This document shows positions 58,743-64,000 of a DNA stretch of 64,000 nucleotides, in pieces. Position numbers and translations under genes: made by a program. Source of the stretch: Strigamia acuminata (taxonomy: Eukaryota); NCBI GenBank assembly GCA_949358305.1, contig OX442314.1, positions 5,146,001 to 5,210,000 on the forward strand, written 5' to 3'. Position 1 is the first letter of the stretch; each line of letters opens with the position of its first letter. The notes below the pieces were generated by a model. The model searched no databases, was not told the origin of the DNA, and was given only the letters and a program-made list of their open reading frames with translations.

Positions 58743-59454
58743 CACAACCAACCATCTCACCACACCGTTCTGCTTCTATTCAAACAAAAAAGAAGTGAAA
58801 AAGCTCCTCCATTAAAAAATTCAAAATGGAGTGTTTAAAGTCGGTCTAATTTAATAATTGAGCAGATCGTTTAAGTCCCTTAAAGAGACGTCGGGGGTTA
58901 AAAGAGTGCGAGAGATAAAGACGTGCGACAATTGTAGTTGGATAGAATTAAACACACAGTGGGATTAAGCCGACTCCCATTGAAGTAATCCGTCGTGCGG
59001 TGGCGCTGCGATAAGAGTGTCACGTGGCGGTGACAGCTGACAACAAGGCAAAAGCAGCACAAACTCGAATCTTCTGTTTGACGTGTCAAATTGATGTTTT
59101 TACTTCGTTTTTTTTATTGTTCCAACATCTGATATGACAATTTTTATCTTCTTTCCGCCAGTTCTTTGCTTGTTTTGTTCGCCTTTGTATTTTTAATGGG
59201 ACATAACGTCATGAATGGGGAATGGCTAATGCGAAAAGGCGAAAAAGCGTTATTAAATCCATCCAGGTGGAGGATCGATGTTGTGTGTATTATGGGATAT
59301 TTTTTATTTTTAATTTTGGTGATTATATTTCGGATTGGGGTTAAAAGTTTGTTTGGAAATAATTATGGAGGATGTTTTGGGTTGAGAGAAAGTCAAAATG
59401 GCTGTTGGAAGTGATTTGGAAATTATAACTTGATTTGGAGAGGAAAAAACAGAA

Positions 59455-60030
59455 AAAATGGGTGTTTAGAAAGTGATGGAATTTGGTAAAAAAAAAAACC
59501 AAAATGGCTGTTAAAAAGTGATGGAACTTGGGAAAAACCAAAATGGCTGTTAAAAAGTGATGGGAGTTGGTAAAAACCAAAATGGCTGTTAAAAAGTGAT
59601 GGAACTTGGGAAAAACCAAAATGGCTGTTAAAAAGTGATGGAACTTGGGAAAAACCAAAATGGCTGTTAAAAAGTGATGGGAGTCTGGTAAAAACCAAAA
59701 TGGCTGTTAAAAAGTGATGGAATTTGGTAAAAACCAAAATGGCTGTTAAAAAATGATGGTACTTGGGAAAAACCAAAATGGGTGTTAGAAAGTGATGAAA
59801 CTTGGGAAAAACCAAAATGGCTGTTAAAAAGTGATGGAATTTGGTAAAAACCAAAATGGCTGTTAAAAAGTGATGGAACTTGGGGAAAACCAAAATGGCT
59901 GTTAAAAAGTGATGGAGTTTGGTTAAAAATCAAAATGGCTGTTAAAAAGTGATGGAATTTGGTAAAAACCAAAACGGGTGTTAGAGAGTGATGGAGTTTG
60001 GTTAAAAACCAAAATGGGTGTTAAAAAGTT
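59455..60030. repeat. 39-bp minisatellite (AAAACCAAAATGGCTGTTAAAAAGTGATGGAACTTGGGA)
   Basis: About 14 tandem units; source of the FHHFLTAILVF pseudo-ORFs. Confidence 0.95.
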
Positions 60031-61514
60031 TTTGAATTTAAAAAAAAGAACGGAGTAAAGACTAAATGTGTGTTAAAAGGTTCTGAATTTTAAAAAATAA
60101 ATACAAAATGGCTGTTAAGAATATGTAAGTGAAGATAGAAAAACAAAATGGTTGCATTTGCTGTGAAAAAAAGAGTTGAAATTTAGTTGGGAAAAAACCC
60201 AAAGACTTTGAATTTTGGAGGAAAAAACTAAAAAGTTTGAATTTAGGGGAAAAAAAACACCAAAATGCTTGAATCAGCATAAAACCATAATGGCCGCTCC
60301 ACAATAACAAGAATACACATACAAAAAAAAAATCAAAATGGCAATTAAAACTAAAAAAAAAAAACCAAAATTGAATTTAAAATCCATCCAACACAACAAA
60401 CAACAAAACAACAACAGAAAAATTTAAAAAAAAAAAACCAAAATGGCTCCAACTCCAAAAACCATTCCTCTCGCGACGACAACGCCACTTCCCATTGTTT
60501 ATTTTAATTCCGCACCCAACACCTGGTGGCAATTTCCACGATTTATCGACGCCACGTTGTCACCAATGATTTGCATAGCCAGTCCCTCCCAAGCCGAAAA
60601 CGAGGCCGAACACTCACTCCGCTTTTCAGCACCACGCGGCGCACGTCCATCAACATCGACATCGTTAGAGCGCGTTGAAGCGGAAGCAGATTTGTCCAGC
60701 GAGTGATTCCACCGGAAATAGAGGGCGGCCATCGACGGCGACGGGCGGGGATGGGCTCCAAATTGGATGGAACGCGCGGTGGGGTCGAGGCCCCATCATC
60801 AGAGCGCCGTTTGTCACCTCTTTTACCCATCTCCACATGCTCGCTGCTCCAACCTCGTCTCGTCTCGTCTCTTCATGAGGCGCGCGAGAAAACTCGTTAA
60901 TCTCGCGTCTTGCCGCTCCTGCGCGTCTCGTGCGCGTCGCGAGGCGAAATGGGGACGCGGCGCAGACGCTCCTGCTAAAGGTGATGATGATAATGTGCGC
61001 CATTCTTCCTCGCACGTTTTATCCCGCGTTCCAATTTGCAAATGGCTGCAATTGGAGCTGCGCGCGAATTAATTTGATTGGATTTTGGTCCGGGTTTTCG
61101 TTATTTACTGCGGAAACCAAAATGGCCGACTTTGGAAAATTTTTTTTTTTTAATTTTTTATTAAGTTTTTTTTTTTTTTTTTTTTTTTGGGTTAGATCGG
61201 AATTGATTTGACGTTCCAATTTGCTGCGGAATTAATAAATTTGAAATTCATATCTTATAATTCCATCATGCGAGACTAAGGAACATTGAGCAAAATGGCG
61301 CGCACATAAATTTGCATTAAGTTGGGCTTAATTTAGAATTTTATTTTGTTGCATTTGTTAAAACTGTAGTGAATAATTTTGGGTTTTATTTATTTGTTTA
61401 TTTTTTGTTTATTTATTATTAGCTAATTTACGGAAGAGTACTTGTGCTGTAGTTTAAATTCATTTTTTTTCATTAAAATCTCCATTTTTTTGTGGAAATT
61501 TACATTTTTTGTTG

Positions 61515-62552
61515 TTGAAATTTCAATTTGTTTGATTGAAATTTCTATTTTTTTATTGAAATTTCCATTCTTTTGATAGAAATTTTTATTTTTTTTATTG
61601 AAATTTCCATTTTTTTATTGAAATTTCTATTTTTTTTATTGAAATTTCCATTTTTTTTATTGAAATTTCCATTTTTTTTATTGAAATTTCCATTTTTTGA
61701 TTGAAATTTTCATTTTTTTAATTCAAATTTCGATTTTTTTATCAAAATTTCACATTTTTTGATTGAAATTTCACTTTTATTTTTAAAATTTTATCTTTCT
61801 TAGTGAAATTTTAATTTTCCCAGTGAAATTTTAATTTTTTCAGTGAAATTTTAATTTTCTCAGTGCAATTTTAATTTTCTCAGTGAAATTTTAATTCTTT
61901 CAGTGAAATTTTAATTTTCTCAGTGCAATTTTAATTTTCTCAGTGAAATTTTAATTCTTTCAGTGAAATTTTAATTTTCTCAGTGCAATTTTAATTTTCT
62001 CAGTGAAATTTTAATTTTTTCAGTGAAATTTTAATTTTCTTAATGAAATTTTAATTTTTTCAGTGAAATTTTAATTTTCTCAGTGCAATTTTAATTTTCT
62101 CAGTGAAATTTTAATTTTTTCAGTGAAATTTTAATTTTCTCAGTGAAATTTTAATTTTTTCAGTGAAATTTTAATTTTCTCAGTGAAATTTTAATTTTTT
62201 CAGTGAAATTTTAATTTTCTTAGTGAAATTTTAATTTTTTCAGTGAAATTTTAATTTTCTCAGTGCAATTTTAATTTTCTCAGTGAAATTTTAATTTTTT
62301 CAGTGAAATTTTAATTTTCTCAGTGAAATTTTAATTTTCTTAGTGAAATTTTAATTTTTTCAGTGAAATTTTAATTTTCTCAGTAAAATTTTAATTTTCT
62401 CAGTGAAATTTTAATTTTCTCAGTGAAATTTTAATTTTCTCAGTGAAATTTTAATTTTCTCAGTGAAATTTTAATTTTCTCAGTGAAATTTTAATTTTCT
62501 CAGTGAAATTTTAATTTTCTCAGTGAAATTTTAATTTTTTCATTGAAATTTC
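61515..62552. repeat. 20-21-bp GAAATTT-based minisatellite (ATTGAAATTTCCATTTTTT grading into CAGTGAAATTTTAATTTTCT)
   Basis: About 37 near-perfect 20-bp units at 61801-62550, with 60-bp higher-order periodicity of the CAGTGCAATT variant. Confidence 0.95.
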
Positions 62553-64000
62553 ACTCTTCTGTAAAATTTTCTATTTAAATAACCCTTATCATCATCGACG
62601 AATGTTTCATTAACCATTTCCTGTTTGGTTACAAAAACCCTCGAATAGTCACCGCGGCTACTAATCGAGAGCAGCTCTTATTTCAAACCGCTTCTCTGAG
62701 GCGCGGCTACTATTCGAGGGCGGCTACAAACCGAGGGCGACTCTTAATCTAGAAACCTGAGTACATGTAAACATGTACATAAAATGGGTCACAAAATAAC
62801 ATATAAGAATATAAGGTTACAGCTCAATGTTTTATAACGCACAAGTACCCTTCCGCAAACTATAATTTTCTCATTATTATTATTTTATAATTAAGAGTCG
62901 TCGTTGAATTGTAGTCGCGACAAACACAAGCGATTTGAAATAAAAACCGCGGTTCTTAATTGCAAAAATATGATGTGGGAAAAAAGCCGAGAAACGGCTT
63001 TTTTCCTCTGCTACAGACAAAGAAGCAAACAAAGAGTAGACAGATACTTGGTTGTATTATAGTGATATTAGGCCTGAAAAATTAGGCCTATGGGCTTCAT
63101 ATTGCTGAAACACAGGAAAATTCATATCATTACCAATAAAATCAATAAAAGCAATGAAACTAAATATATTTCACATTTTCAACCACGTTTGAACCATGTT
63201 AACTGTCTCCGCAGTACGAGATGCGGTTAGCATATTTAATGAAGAACAAATTGCAACAACAAATTCAGCTGTCCTCTTTGAAAAATCCTGACGATACCGT
63301 ATTGCCCCGCTTTAAGCCGCATGAAGAGCTATATTGTATAATTAATTACTATTTACAATTCATTTACATGCATTTATAGTAATACACCAAGATTTTTTAA
63401 TCTCCATTCGCCAATCGGGTTCTCACAACTCTATTCGACAATTGGATTTGGATTGGCAACAGACTGTGCAGGCATAAGTCTGTATCTATGAGTTGTAAGA
63501 ACAAACTGCCGAGAAGCATAAGCAACAAAGTAACCAGAAACAATCGGCTTACTGCCAGCCAATCACAAACAACCAAGCAATCACATTATCAATTCTCATT
63601 ACTTAATCACAATGTGCTTGCAACAAATCATTGAATTGGTTCAGACATTTCCCAAAATCTTAGAGCACCAATTGGATGATTAACTAAACCACTGTGTATT
63701 AGTGTGAACATCAGCTAAGTTACTTTTGTACGTGATTCCAGTAGACACCGAGCCGTATATTAGGCCTAGTTGACAAATTCATAACATTACTGTGTTGTAT
63801 TTGCACCACAAGGAATTATGCAGGTTTGAGCACAGTTAGGAAGTACAATGTATTGGCAACAATACAATGCATAAAGCATCATGCAGCTTCCATATTTTCC
63901 CCTAGCAACGTAATGATAATAAAGGATTTTTTACTTCTGTTAGTAAAGTGAAAGAAGAATGAGGTTTTAGGCGTAGATCTTGGCCTTGTGATTTTGTATT

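Noticed and set aside
16262..59972. Repetitive-peptide ORFs (WICDRFP, SQNLASHLAK, VVDCCNPI, FHHFLTAIL, CYKFPIVTN)
   Set aside because: They are translations of minisatellites, often open in several frames or on both strands.

Overview
AT-rich, repeat-dense eukaryotic (probably invertebrate animal) DNA with no host protein-coding exon that I can support. The main feature is a complete, apparently very recent 14.3-kb Ty3/Gypsy-type LTR retrotransposon on the minus strand (39682-54027). It has two 673-bp LTRs that are identical by eye, a 4-bp GATT target-site duplication, a tRNA-Arg-type PBS and a PPT. Gag is joined to pol (PR-RT-RNaseH-IN) by a -1 frameshift signal (slippery site plus pseudoknot). 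Four things are unusual: (i) a third, intact 927-aa ORF that is not env-like and starts with a CxxCxGxG zinc-finger pair; (ii) three copies of a covarying structured-RNA motif at exact 127-nt spacing in the long 3' UTR; (iii) about 15 exact copies of the palindrome TTGCGCAA, quasi-regularly spaced and present in all three codon phases; (iv) a ~470-aa Pro/Lys/Arg-rich insert with two AT-hooks between RNase H and integrase. The flanks hold about 15 minisatellite arrays (17-60-bp units), several MITE-like elements, a Penelope-like inverted hammerhead-type remnant, and CpG-richer islands where strand skew flips. All counts and alignments were done by eye; no database searches were run.
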